A DNA stretch of 64,000 bases from an uncultured bacterium (GCA_963718515.1 OY970354.1:502808-566807), one strand, 5' to 3'; shown: positions 49,996 to 58,753, counted from the first letter of the stretch. The notes: generated from the sequence alone by a model not told the origin. Program-made: numbers and translations.

Positions 49996-51276
49996 TTATT
50001 CCTCGATGATGGGAAGCGTTGCCGGCGGACTGCCACGTCGTGAATCGATCTTTTCAAGTTCGGTCGTTGAAACAACGCCGAGCGGGAAGTGAAATACTGT
50101 CGCCAGTTCTTCGATATTCAATATCGATTCGTGGTGTGCGGGAAGGAAATGGCGATAATGCTCAAAGATAAGCCGCTTCCTCGCCCGGATGCGGGTTTTT
50201 TTGAAAAGTCCTTTGACGGAATACGATGCGGTGGAAGTGGGGCTGTTCGGCTTCAGGGAGTTCAAATTCTGCGTGTTGAACTGGCGGATAAATCCGTGGA
50301 TGGAATTCGTATGTCCCGGATCGGAAGTGCTCTCGCGTTTCTCAATATAGATAAAGCGGAGCGTTGCCTCGAACGCAATCTTCGATATTTTGAGGTGGAT
50401 CGCCTCCGCGCGCTCTTTCTCGACGGGCGTCTGCAGGAAGCGCTGAGGCTTATCTTTTTTGTCTTCCTTATGCGCGCTTGCCTCGCCAGGATGCTGGAAC
50501 GGGCCGCGCACGATCTCGCCCGGCGTAAGGCCAAGATCAAAATCCGGCCACATGCTCGGTTTTTTCTTTTTTTCTACGCCGAGAAGTTTATTGATCTCTT
50601 CCTCCCCTTCTTTTCTAAACTCCTCCCCGGTGGGTTTTATGAGCACCTGAAACCAGAGCTGTTCGTCGCCCTTCAACTTTGACATTGCCTCCATAAGCGG
50701 GGCGATCGTATCAATGCGCCGCTCTTCCACCGATTCTTCGAACATCGGATAGGTGCGGATCGGCAAATAATTCTCATGGCGCAGAACCTCTTCAAGGCCG
50801 GAGAGATCAAATTGCGGGTTCGGCAGGGTGTGCGGCAACTCTTCAAGGTAGTCATCAACTTCATTGATCTCCGCCTCGGGATATTGGGCGTAGATCGCGG
50901 ACTCCATCATGTTGCGGAACTGTGAAGGCACTCTGAGGTAAAAATGGGTCTCGCCAGCACGGCCAATCAGCTCAAACACCATCCAATATTCCTCCTGTCC
51001 CTTCCAATATTTATTATAAAAAGGAATGCCATACGAATACGGCGCGTGCGCGGCGGCAAATATCTGCTCCATCGCCTTCGGCGTTTTTAAGACATTCTTT
51101 GGCACCTTGATCTCGAGCAACTTCCATTTGATGTCGCCCACGAATTTATGATGCAGATGCAGTTTCCACCCTTCCCAAAAGATAATGATGGCGATGATCG
51201 GAAGCACGATCCACCACAATACGCCCCAAACGGCGAATATGCTCTGTATGATGCCTACCAGGAAGTTATTGCCCAT
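49996..51276 (-). CDS. hypothetical membrane protein paired with the coupling-protein-like ATPase
   Basis: 426 aa. Two N-terminal TM helices are followed by a large soluble domain (ELIGRAGETHFYLRVPSQFRNMMESAIYAQYP). It lies 15 nt upstream of the ATPase. Confidence 0.55.
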   Translation of the reverse strand: MGNNFLVGIIQSIFAVWGVLWWIVLPIIAIIIFWEGWKLHLHHKFVGDIKWKLLEIKVPKNVLKTPKAMEQIFAAAHAPYSYGIPFYNKYWKGQEEYWMVFELIGRAGETHFYLRVPSQFRNMMESAIYAQYPEAEINEVDDYLEELPHTLPNPQFDLSGLEEVLRHENYLPIRTYPMFEESVEERRIDTIAPLMEAMSKLKGDEQLWFQVLIKPTGEEFRKEGEEEINKLLGVEKKKKPSMWPDFDLGLTPGEIVRGPFQHPGEASAHKEDKKDKPQRFLQTPVEKERAEAIHLKISKIAFEATLRFIYIEKRESTSDPGHTNSIHGFIRQFNTQNLNSLKPNSPTSTASYSVKGLFKKTRIRARKRLIFEHYRHFLPAHHESILNIEELATVFHFPLGVVSTTELEKIDSRRGSPPATLPIIEE

Positions 51277-51335
51277 ATATCAATTATCGACTGCAAAACG
51301 ACAAAGTGCAAAGTGGCCCGTTCGTCGTAACGATC

Positions 51336-52367
51336 TTAGGATTCCCGTACGCGATACCTGCCATCGTTCATGCGCTCAAAGAAGTTCCGGTTTTGGAGGT
51401 TTATCAGGATCGTGTTCGCCTTAAAGAAGCGCTGTTGGTTCACGTGGGTAACCACATCGTTCGCCTTGAGCGGACCCTTGGTTTTCAATACTTTGGCGAT
51501 CACTTCACGCGCGGTGCCCGCTTCATACCCGTGCTCTTTGAGGCCATAAATGCCGCGTCCAACGAGGACGAAGCGAGCATCTTTGATGAGCTCGTTGTGA
51601 ACAGTAGGAGCAAGCGCTTCTTGTTCATCAAAACCGACTTTGTTGATGTGCTTTGCAATATCTTCAAAGTGAAGCGGCTCGTTTTTCTTTTTAAGCACAA
51701 GATAGATCTTGTCGCGGACGGTCGACGGATTGATCTCGGGCCACTCGTAAAGTCCGGCATCGCCGTAAGGGTTCGTGCCGATCTGCTTCGAGATGCCGAG
51801 GTAGTTCTCTGCGATCTCCGTCACTACCGGCTTCGTCTTAAGAAAACTCGCAAGCTGAACCTGATATGAATCGCTAAATACCTTTTCTTTATGGTTCTTC
51901 AAAAAGCTCACCCACGAATTTACGAACGCGCCGGCGGTCTTAAGGTCTTTTTCCGTAACATAATAGAAAGGATTGAATGCATCATCCTCCCGATAAAGGT
52001 TGAACGCTCCCGATGCCTCTGCGAGGAAATCAAGATGATTCTCCCGAACGCCGCTCGCGATGGACGACGCAAACTGGACCACGTCGGCCTTCTTTGAAAC
52101 GCCGCCGCGGGCGATGATGAATTTCTTGATCTTCTCAAGAATGACCCCCGCCTCGGGGTTCTTGCTGATATTGGTTTTTACAACCACGATGGCGCCATTC
52201 TCTATCTGGCGAACACGCTCGCGGGTAACGTTAAGCCGCTCCCCGATCGCGGCGAGAGTCTCTCCGTCCGTTTTACCATCCAAGCCAAAACGAGCCGTAA
52301 TAACCTCCTTTTGACGGGGATTTAGGCCAGCGAGCGCTGTATTTATAAGTTTCACTATTGATGCCAT
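51336..52367 (-). CDS. DNA-binding protein with a sigma-70 region-4-like HTH and HARE-HTH-like domains
   Basis: The N-terminus LNPRQKEVITARFGL...TLAAIGERLNVTRERVRQIE is followed by LHFEDIAKHINKVGF...VLVGRGIYGLKEHGY. The start is chosen at MASIVKL because the ORF-track TTG start is the -35 box. Confidence 0.6.
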   Translation of the reverse strand: MASIVKLINTALAGLNPRQKEVITARFGLDGKTDGETLAAIGERLNVTRERVRQIENGAIVVVKTNISKNPEAGVILEKIKKFIIARGGVSKKADVVQFASSIASGVRENHLDFLAEASGAFNLYREDDAFNPFYYVTEKDLKTAGAFVNSWVSFLKNHKEKVFSDSYQVQLASFLKTKPVVTEIAENYLGISKQIGTNPYGDAGLYEWPEINPSTVRDKIYLVLKKKNEPLHFEDIAKHINKVGFDEQEALAPTVHNELIKDARFVLVGRGIYGLKEHGYEAGTAREVIAKVLKTKGPLKANDVVTHVNQQRFFKANTILINLQNRNFFERMNDGRYRVRES

Positions 52368-52385
52368 GATTTTGTACGTTTCGCT

Positions 52386-52415
52386 ATTATAAACTATATT
52401 ATAGATAAATGTCAA
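52386..52415 (-). promoter_or_regulatory. sigma-70-type promoter heading the long minus-strand gene array
   Basis: On the minus strand: TTGACA (52415-52410), 18-nt spacer, TATAAT (52391-52386), 18 nt upstream of the ATG at 52367. Confidence 0.45.
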
Positions 52416-52523
52416 GTATCTCGGCGGAGCCTCTCGACAGGAACGCCTACTTGTACTCTTCTATCGTAAACAATATTAAACTATTTTATACGTATAGTCA
52501 AGAAACTGGGGATAACTTCCCTG

Positions 52524-53423
52524 CTATGCGTTTTCCTTCGGGCTCACCAATACCAACGCCGGACTTGCAATAAATATCGATGAATAAATGCCGGTCGTAA
52601 CTCCCACGAGCAATGTGAGGACGAAATATTGCAAATCTGCCGGGCCGACGAAGTAGAGCGCGAGCAAGACAAGAATAAGGGTGAGCGATGTGTTTATAGA
52701 ACGCGCGAGCGTCTGGTTGACGCTGTTGTTGATGATCGTGGAGAACGGTATCTTGCCCCGGTGGTTCAAAAGGTTTTCGCGGATGCGGTCAAAGACCACA
52801 ATCGTGTCGTGCACCGAGAAGCCCATCACAACGAGCAATGCGACGATGAAATCCGAGTCGATCTGCACGTTTTTGAAATGTCCGAGGATCGCAAGCATGC
52901 CGGCAGGGATCGCGACGTCGTGGAACAACGTGATGAGCGTGATCCACCCATATTTCCAGGAACTGATCGGTCGTGAAGCCTTCCGGAATGCAAACGCAAT
53001 ATAAAGCGAAATGCCGATCAATACGAGGATGATCGCGATGATGGAATTATTACGAAGGTTCACGCCCACTGAAGGACTGATGGATTGGAAACTCAATTCC
53101 TGGAAGGATGGCCATACGGTTGTGAGCTCGTTCAGATACTGCTGATGCGTAGGTTCATCGATCGAATCGAAACGCACAAGGAACGACTGGTCGCCGTTAT
53201 CCATATTCACTTCCGCATCGGCAATGTGTAAATTGTTGGTAAGTTCATTCTGCACGTCGGCCACCGAAAGGGTTTGCCCGGGAATTTTAAATTCCCACAG
53301 CGTGCCACCCTTCAATTCGGCGCTTTCCTGGAAACCGTATGTGGCGATGGCAAGCACTGCGATGCCCACCAGAATGATGGATATCGTGAACCAGATCTTT
53401 TTATGTCCTACAATGTTGAGCAT
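52524..53423 (-). CDS. secF: protein translocase subunit SecF
   Basis: 299 aa with SecF topology. Motifs FHDVAIPAGMLAILG and VHDTIVVFDRIRE. Confidence 0.9.
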   Translation of the reverse strand: MLNIVGHKKIWFTISIILVGIAVLAIATYGFQESAELKGGTLWEFKIPGQTLSVADVQNELTNNLHIADAEVNMDNGDQSFLVRFDSIDEPTHQQYLNELTTVWPSFQELSFQSISPSVGVNLRNNSIIAIILVLIGISLYIAFAFRKASRPISSWKYGWITLITLFHDVAIPAGMLAILGHFKNVQIDSDFIVALLVVMGFSVHDTIVVFDRIRENLLNHRGKIPFSTIINNSVNQTLARSINTSLTLILVLLALYFVGPADLQYFVLTLLVGVTTGIYSSIFIASPALVLVSPKENA

Positions 53424-53432
53424 GATAATAGT

Positions 53433-54671
53433 TTACGATTTTACTGTTTTATCCTTAAGGAAGAAGCGCAAGAATAGCCGCGTCGTTGTTATGGCGCTGA
53501 ATAAGCTTACAAGCGTTCCGATGCCAAGGGTCAATGCAAAACCCTGGACAAAGCTCGAAGTGAAGAAATACAGGATGAACGCGGTGATGATGGTGGAGGT
53601 ATTTGAATCGCGAATGGACGGCCACGCGCGGCGGAACCCTTCTTCGATGGCGGACGCCTTGGGTAATCCCCGCTTCAGCTCTTCTTTGATGCGTTCAAAT
53701 ATAAGTACGTTCGCATCCACAGCGGTACCTATCGTAAGCACAAATCCCGCGAGGCCGGCGAGGCTGAGCGTAACCGAGATCAATTTAAATACGCCAAGCG
53801 TGAGGGCGATATAGATGATGAGCGCAAGCGCGGCGAAGACGCCGAGCAGGCGGTAGTAGAAGATCATGAACAGCATAACGAGCAGGGTGCCGATGAGGCC
53901 GGCGATCATCATCTGTTTTAAAGAGTTTGAGCCGAGAGACGGACTGATCGTCTGCTGGCTCACGAGCGTGATCGGTGCGGGCAATGCGCCGGCGTTGAAC
54001 CGCTCGGCCAACTGTTGCGCCGCCGCCACGGTGAATCCCCCGCTGATCACCGCCTGGCCGCCGGAGATCGCCTGCTGAACGATCGGCGCCTCGATCTCGG
54101 TTCCGTCGAGGAATATCGCGAGCGGCTTGCCCACGTTCGCCGCCGTCATCTCCTGGAATATCTGCGCGCCATCTTTATTGAATGAGATCGAGACCTGTGG
54201 AGCGTTCGTCGTCTGGTCGAACGTCAGCTGGGCGCCCGTGATGTATTGTCCGGTAAGATTCGTCTGTACGTACTGTGTGGTGGAGCCGCTCGTATCAACC
54301 TCCTCGAACTCCAGAAGCGGCGTCTGGCCGATTTCGTTAATGGCGTCGCTAATATTATTGATGCCAGCGAGATCCACAAAAAGTTGTGCCTGATTCCCAT
54401 TCTGCGAAGTATAAATATCCGGTTCGCTCACGCCGAACAGGTTGACGCGCTTTTCGATGACGTCACGGAGTCCGGAGACGACCGAGGATTGGTCAGTAGA
54501 CGAAACATTTGAGAGATCGATCTGATAGACCAAATGGCTCCCGCCAACGAGATCAAGGCCCAATTTCCACGGCTCCACTTTTGAGCCGATTCCCTTTGGG
54601 TAAACGAACACCGCCGCGATGATCGCGACGACAACGATAAGCGATAAAAATAGGCCTGGATGGCGCCTCAT
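53433..54671 (-). CDS. secD: protein translocase subunit SecD
   Basis: 412 aa. Motifs LGLDLVGGSHLVYQ and TAVDANVLIFERIKEE. Confidence 0.9.
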   Translation of the reverse strand: MRRHPGLFLSLIVVVAIIAAVFVYPKGIGSKVEPWKLGLDLVGGSHLVYQIDLSNVSSTDQSSVVSGLRDVIEKRVNLFGVSEPDIYTSQNGNQAQLFVDLAGINNISDAINEIGQTPLLEFEEVDTSGSTTQYVQTNLTGQYITGAQLTFDQTTNAPQVSISFNKDGAQIFQEMTAANVGKPLAIFLDGTEIEAPIVQQAISGGQAVISGGFTVAAAQQLAERFNAGALPAPITLVSQQTISPSLGSNSLKQMMIAGLIGTLLVMLFMIFYYRLLGVFAALALIIYIALTLGVFKLISVTLSLAGLAGFVLTIGTAVDANVLIFERIKEELKRGLPKASAIEEGFRRAWPSIRDSNTSTIITAFILYFFTSSFVQGFALTLGIGTLVSLFSAITTTRLFLRFFLKDKTVKS

Positions 54672-54679
54672 TGAAAATG

Positions 54680-54707
54680 ATTATAGCAGGTTCTCTTAAA
54701 AGAACAA
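54680..54707 (-). promoter_or_regulatory. candidate promoter giving a leaderless or near-leaderless secD mRNA
   Basis: On the minus strand: TTGTTC, 16-nt spacer, TATAAT (54685-54680), then 8 nt to the ATG at 54671. Confidence 0.35.
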
Positions 54708-54728
54708 GGATTTACCCAAAGAGGGTTT

Positions 54729-54797
54729 TGGTGCGGGGTATCGGACCAGGTTCGAACCTATTTTGCCATAAACTTCCCGTTTTCTAGTTCCGATACC
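54729..54797 (-). other. tRNA-like long hairpin (not a callable tRNA)
   Basis: On the minus strand GGTGAGGTATCGGA pairs with TCCGATACCCCGCACC (14 bp, one mismatch, a 2-nt bulge). The helix encloses a GGTTCGAACC T-loop-like motif and ends in GCACCA. There is no anticodon arm. Confidence 0.3.
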
Positions 54798-54808
54798 TCA
54801 CCTCTCCC

Positions 54809-55507
54809 CTAATCCGCTGTTGGTTCTTTAGCGATAGTAATTGTACCGTCATCATTAATAGTCGCGTAGAACAAAACTTTAGAAGGATCGTCCACGCTAA
54901 AATCTAATCGTGTAGATGTGCCGATTGGGAATGTAGCCGTTTGTATTTGATTCATGGTCGTCGGATCATTTTCCCAAAAGAACGACGACGTGGAAGTGAT
55001 GGGCTTCATAGAATTTCCATATTCGTCATATATCATCTGCAAATTTTGAACTACCGAGTACGTAGCTGAATTTGCGGATGATACGATCGGGGATACCCTA
55101 AAGAAAAGGGTTAAAATTCTGCCTTCAAATACCGGGCTCTTGGTTCTTATGTCCAAAGCATGCGCCCCGACAACATCAACCTCTGACTGCCCTTCCACCC
55201 ACGTCACTGGAGCCGGTTGAGGAGATAAATATACAGTATTCGCCACGTTCCTCCCATAATCACATCCATGAGTGCAACTGAATATCGGTACGGCGAATGA
55301 AGAGGTATTTGTGGAAGTGCTTAAACCCGTCGGCGTTAAGAGATTTTGTATCGTAGTCGTCGTGGACGGACTAGTAATATTATCACTATGACCCGCTGGG
55401 ATTACCCGAGGGGCAGATTGGTTCCTACCATAATAAAGAAGTCCGATCATTATAAAAATTCCGATCGCGGCGAAGCATGTAATAGCTATCCAAGGCCATT
55501 TTTTCAT
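54809..55507 (-). CDS. hypothetical secreted protein
   Basis: Start at MKKWPWIAITCFAAIGIFIMIGLL (signal anchor). The ORF-track start at 55564 lies inside tRNA-Tyr. Confidence 0.5.
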   Translation of the reverse strand: MKKWPWIAITCFAAIGIFIMIGLLYYGRNQSAPRVIPAGHSDNITSPSTTTTIQNLLTPTGLSTSTNTSSFAVPIFSCTHGCDYGRNVANTVYLSPQPAPVTWVEGQSEVDVVGAHALDIRTKSPVFEGRILTLFFRVSPIVSSANSATYSVVQNLQMIYDEYGNSMKPITSTSSFFWENDPTTMNQIQTATFPIGTSTRLDFSVDDPSKVLFYATINDDGTITIAKEPTAD

Positions 55508-55530
55508 CTCTTTAATTCTAACAAACCTTG

Positions 55531-55614
55531 TGCGCCGGGCAGGATTCGAACCTGCGTAGCCCATAGGGCGCGAGATTTACAGTCTCGAGCATTTGACCGC
55601 TCTGCCACCGACGC
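55531..55614 (-). tRNA. tRNA-Tyr (anticodon GTA)
   Basis: Acceptor GCGTCGG/CCGGCGC, anticodon loop CTGTAAA, long variable arm CGCCCTATGGGCT, T-arm GCAGG-TTCGAAT-CCTGC. CCA is not encoded. Confidence 0.85.
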
Positions 55615-55616
55615 AT

Positions 55617-55965
55617 TTAGATCACCCTATACTTTCTATATTTTTCTGCATCAACAGTCAATTCATTGCGAATGTCTACTGTCTTCCAAGGGATTATATA
55701 ACATTCTGTTCTCGCTGTATATATGAAGAGAATATCAAAATCATTTTCACCATATTTTTTAGCATATGTGTAGGATTGATTTCCGCCAGTAATTCTTAAT
55801 CCAGCTTGGCATCTATTTCGTTTAACAGAAAATCCAGCATATTTGATCTGAACTCGCGACAATTGATCTTTTATCCCCAATAGGCAGGCATACCTCATAG
55901 CCATGAGAAAGATAGTATGAGATTGCGAATCCTACAGCAATATCTCCACGTTCTTTGGTATTCAT
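55617..55965 (-). pseudogene. small PD-(D/E)XK endonuclease (homing/intron-associated type), one frameshift as assembled
   Basis: MNTKERGDIAVGFAISYYLSHGYEVCLPIGDK is in one frame. It continues as DQLSRVQIKYAG...FDILFIYTARTECYIIPWKTV in the next. The shift is in the A4/G4 runs near 55867-55878. The gene is AT-rich and its stop lies 2 nt from the tRNA-Tyr 5' end. Confidence 0.5.
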
Positions 55966-56032
55966 ATCTAATACTTACCAAAGAATGCTCCACTCTACAA
56001 AAAAGATTATTTAATCAAATTTTAACCCTTCC

Positions 56033-56356
56033 CTATTCTTCTTCCCTCTCCTTCTGCCCGCTAATCTCTTTAAAATCAATGTTGGGACGCTTATCTTCTT
56101 CCGGTTTTATCTTTTGCAAGTGCCTGGCCAAAGCATTGTCCAACTTTAATACCATCACTTTTATTTTCCGCAAAAACTTAAGCAAGAAGTTGTCGAACGC
56201 GGCGTCGATCTTTTCCGGGATCTCGGAGTGCGCCCAGCGTTCAAAAAGCGTGCGTTCTGGGGTAGGCGCCTCTTCAATGCGAGGCAACGCCTGCACCATA
56301 AGATAGAGCACGGTGCCCAGGCATATCATCAAAACAATGGTAAAGATGAATTCCAT
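56033..56356 (-). CDS. hypothetical small membrane protein
   Basis: 107 aa with one N-terminal TM helix and a charged C-terminus. Confidence 0.4.
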   Translation of the reverse strand: MEFIFTIVLMICLGTVLYLMVQALPRIEEAPTPERTLFERWAHSEIPEKIDAAFDNFLLKFLRKIKVMVLKLDNALARHLQKIKPEEDKRPNIDFKEISGQKEREEE

Positions 56357-56363
56357 TTAGACT

Positions 56364-56825
56364 TTACGCTTCAATGCGATAGAACTGTCCCACGGAAACA
56401 TTCTCCCCTACCTTTGCGATCACTTCGTTGATAAGATCTTTAACCGTCTTTGATTCGTCTTTTATGTACGGCTGGGCGAGAAGCTCCTCGTTGTCTTTCG
56501 GTGCCGCCGCGGCGATCTGCATCGCAACCTCGTGCGCCAGTTCTTTGAACGGCTCTGAGCGGACCACAAAGTCCGTTTCCGCGCTCAAGCGAACCAGGAC
56601 GCCAATGCGTTCGTTATGCACATACGTTTGAACGAGCCCCGCGCCCGTTTCACGACCGGAGCGCTTTTCTACCTTTACCAAGCCTTTCTCGTGGATGATC
56701 TTGACCGCCGCGTCGATGTCGCCGTTCGCTTCAATCAGCGCTTTGCGGCAATCCATCACGCCGGCGCTCGTCATCTCCCGCAATTTTTGCACGGCCTCCG
56801 CCGTCACTTCCGTTTTTGTTTCCAT
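56364..56825 (-). CDS. tsf: elongation factor Ts (short form, 153 aa)
   Basis: Start at METKTEVTAEAVQKLREMTSAGVMDCRKALIEANGDIDAAVK (UBA-like N-terminus), then VRLSAETDFVVRSEPF. Confidence 0.85.
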   Translation of the reverse strand: METKTEVTAEAVQKLREMTSAGVMDCRKALIEANGDIDAAVKIIHEKGLVKVEKRSGRETGAGLVQTYVHNERIGVLVRLSAETDFVVRSEPFKELAHEVAMQIAAAAPKDNEELLAQPYIKDESKTVKDLINEVIAKVGENVSVGQFYRIEA

Positions 56826-56862
56826 AGTTGTTAATAATACACCTCCCGCAAATATTTTCCAG

Positions 56863-57654
56863 TTACTTCCCGAGCGGAGCCACCGGTGCAATCTCTGCTT
56901 CTGGCTTTGCAACTACCGCCCGTGCGGCGACGCCTTCCTCGTATGCCTTTCCCACCCGCTCTAAAAACCATTCGATGCTCTTTTTTGCCTTATCGTTGCC
57001 GGGAACCACATAATTGATCTTATCCGGATCTGCGTCAACATTTGCGAGCGCGACCACCGGGATCTTTTTTGTGATCGCTTCGGCGAGTGCCGTGTGGTGG
57101 AGGATCGGATCGATGAGCACGAGTACATCAGGCTCTTTCGTCATGTTCTCAAGGCCGCCCATCAGGTCTTCAAGGCGCTTCATTACACGCTCCATCTCAA
57201 GACGCTCCTTTTTTGTGTATTTATCGACGAGCGCGCCAGAGGCGAGGTCCGTGCGAAGGGTTTTGAGATACTCAATGCGCTTTGCGATGATTTTGAAGTT
57301 CGTGATCGCGCCGCCGACCCAGCGGGTGGTGACGTATGGGATGCCGAGCTTCTTTGCGAGTGCCGTGAGGCTTGTTTCCGCCGCCGGCTCGGTGCCCACG
57401 AGCAATACGAGGCCGTTATTCCGCACGCGCTCTTTTATGAATGCCGCGGCACTATCCATCATTTCTTCCGTTTTTTGGAGATTGATGATCTCAATACCTC
57501 CGCGATTCCCTAAAATAAAGCCGCGCATTTTTGGATTGGTCTTGCTCTTTTTGCGGCCATAAAAAACGCCCGCATCCATCATTTCGCGGGACCCTTCCGC
57601 CGGATATCCGGACGTTTGATTGTTCTCTGTGCTGATTATTGTCTCTTCTGGCAT
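56863..57654 (-). CDS. rpsB: 30S ribosomal protein S2
   Basis: 263 aa. Motifs AGVFYGRKKSKTNPKM, LLVGTEPAA and YVTTRWVGGAITNF. Confidence 0.9.
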   Translation of the reverse strand: MPEETIISTENNQTSGYPAEGSREMMDAGVFYGRKKSKTNPKMRGFILGNRGGIEIINLQKTEEMMDSAAAFIKERVRNNGLVLLVGTEPAAETSLTALAKKLGIPYVTTRWVGGAITNFKIIAKRIEYLKTLRTDLASGALVDKYTKKERLEMERVMKRLEDLMGGLENMTKEPDVLVLIDPILHHTALAEAITKKIPVVALANVDADPDKINYVVPGNDKAKKSIEWFLERVGKAYEEGVAARAVVAKPEAEIAPVAPLGK

Positions 57655-57661
57655 AGGAGAA

Positions 57662-57689
57662 AGTATAACAAATGGCTGAAGATAGTCAA
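57662..57689 (-). promoter_or_regulatory. near-consensus promoter positioned for a leaderless rpsB mRNA
   Basis: On the minus strand: TTGACT (57689-57684), 16-nt spacer, TATACT (57667-57662), then only 7 nt (TTCTCCT) to the ATG at 57654. Confidence 0.55.
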
Positions 57690-57690
57690 C

Positions 57691-58751
57691 TTATCTCGAT
57701 AAGAAAAATATCACAAGCCCGAGCGCGCAGAAGATCGCCGAGATGATCCAAAAGCGCATGGTGACCTGCGACTCGGGCCAGCCGAGCGCTTCAAAGTGGT
57801 GATGGATGGGCGTCGAGCGGAATACTTTCTTTCCATGTCGTAGCTTTTTGGAAGCAATTTGGATAATGACGGAGAGCGATTCGAGGACGAGGATGATGGT
57901 GAACAATGGAAGGATAAGCGTCGTGTTCGTAAGCATCGCGATGACGCCGATCGTGATGCCGAGCGACATCGAGCCGGTATCCCCCATAAAAAATTTTGCC
58001 GGATAGATGTTGAACCAGAGGAATGCGAGCAATGCGCCGATAATGGCACCGCAAAACGCTGCAAGGTCATAGCTGTGCAGGACGAATGCCACCGTGGCGA
58101 GGGATACGAACGCAAAAAGCGAAACGCCACCAAGCAGACCATCCAGACCATCTGTTTCGTTCGCAGAAAATGCGCTGGCAAAAATAATGAAGATAAAGAT
58201 CGGGATGTACCACCAGCCGATCGTGATGTTGCCCACGAACGGGATGAATAATATGTTCCATCCGAGGCGGAAATAAAACCACCAGGCACCGATGAGCGCA
58301 ATGAGCAGTATAGACGATCGATTTTTGCCGGATTTTTAATCCCCCGCCGGATGCGCCGCCGAGCTTGAGCACGCCGAGCCAGTCGTCGAGCAATCCGAGA
58401 AGTGCGGCGATGAGGAACGCGGCGATGCGGCAGATACGTTTGTGCGCGATCAATAAAATTAAAATAGTGCCACACGCCCCCAAACAGATGATTCAAAATA
58501 TCGAAGAAAATGGCCATCCCGATTACCGTCGTCCAGATGATAATGCCACCGCTCGTCGGCGTACCTTTTTTGTTCTTATGTAGCTCGCGAAAACCGGCGT
58601 GTCCGAAGCGTCGCGCAAGATGCTTCCCGAATTTATATTTGACGATGAATGTATACCAGAGTGGCGTAACGAGCAGTGCAATCACGAACGCAAGCGTCGT
58701 TAAAACAGTGACCCGTACCGCCTCGCTGAGTAAAAGTGATTGCATCAACAT
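57691..58751 (-). pseudogene. mraY: phospho-N-acetylmuramoyl-pentapeptide transferase, at least 2 frameshifts as assembled
   Basis: MraY sequence uses all three frames. Segments: N-terminus to ...NFIDRA / RICRIAAFLIAALLGLLDDWLGV / LLIALIGAWWFYF...SANETDGLDGL...FMGDTGSMSLG...PIHHHFE. Shifts are near 58440 and 58315. Confidence 0.85.
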
Positions 58752-58753
58752 AA

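Noticed and set aside
57711-58400. The C-terminal two thirds of the 346-aa ORF 57711..58751 (an R/S/P-rich sequence).
   Set aside because: This is out-of-frame read-through of mraY after a frameshift. The genuine MraY sequence continues in the other two frames.
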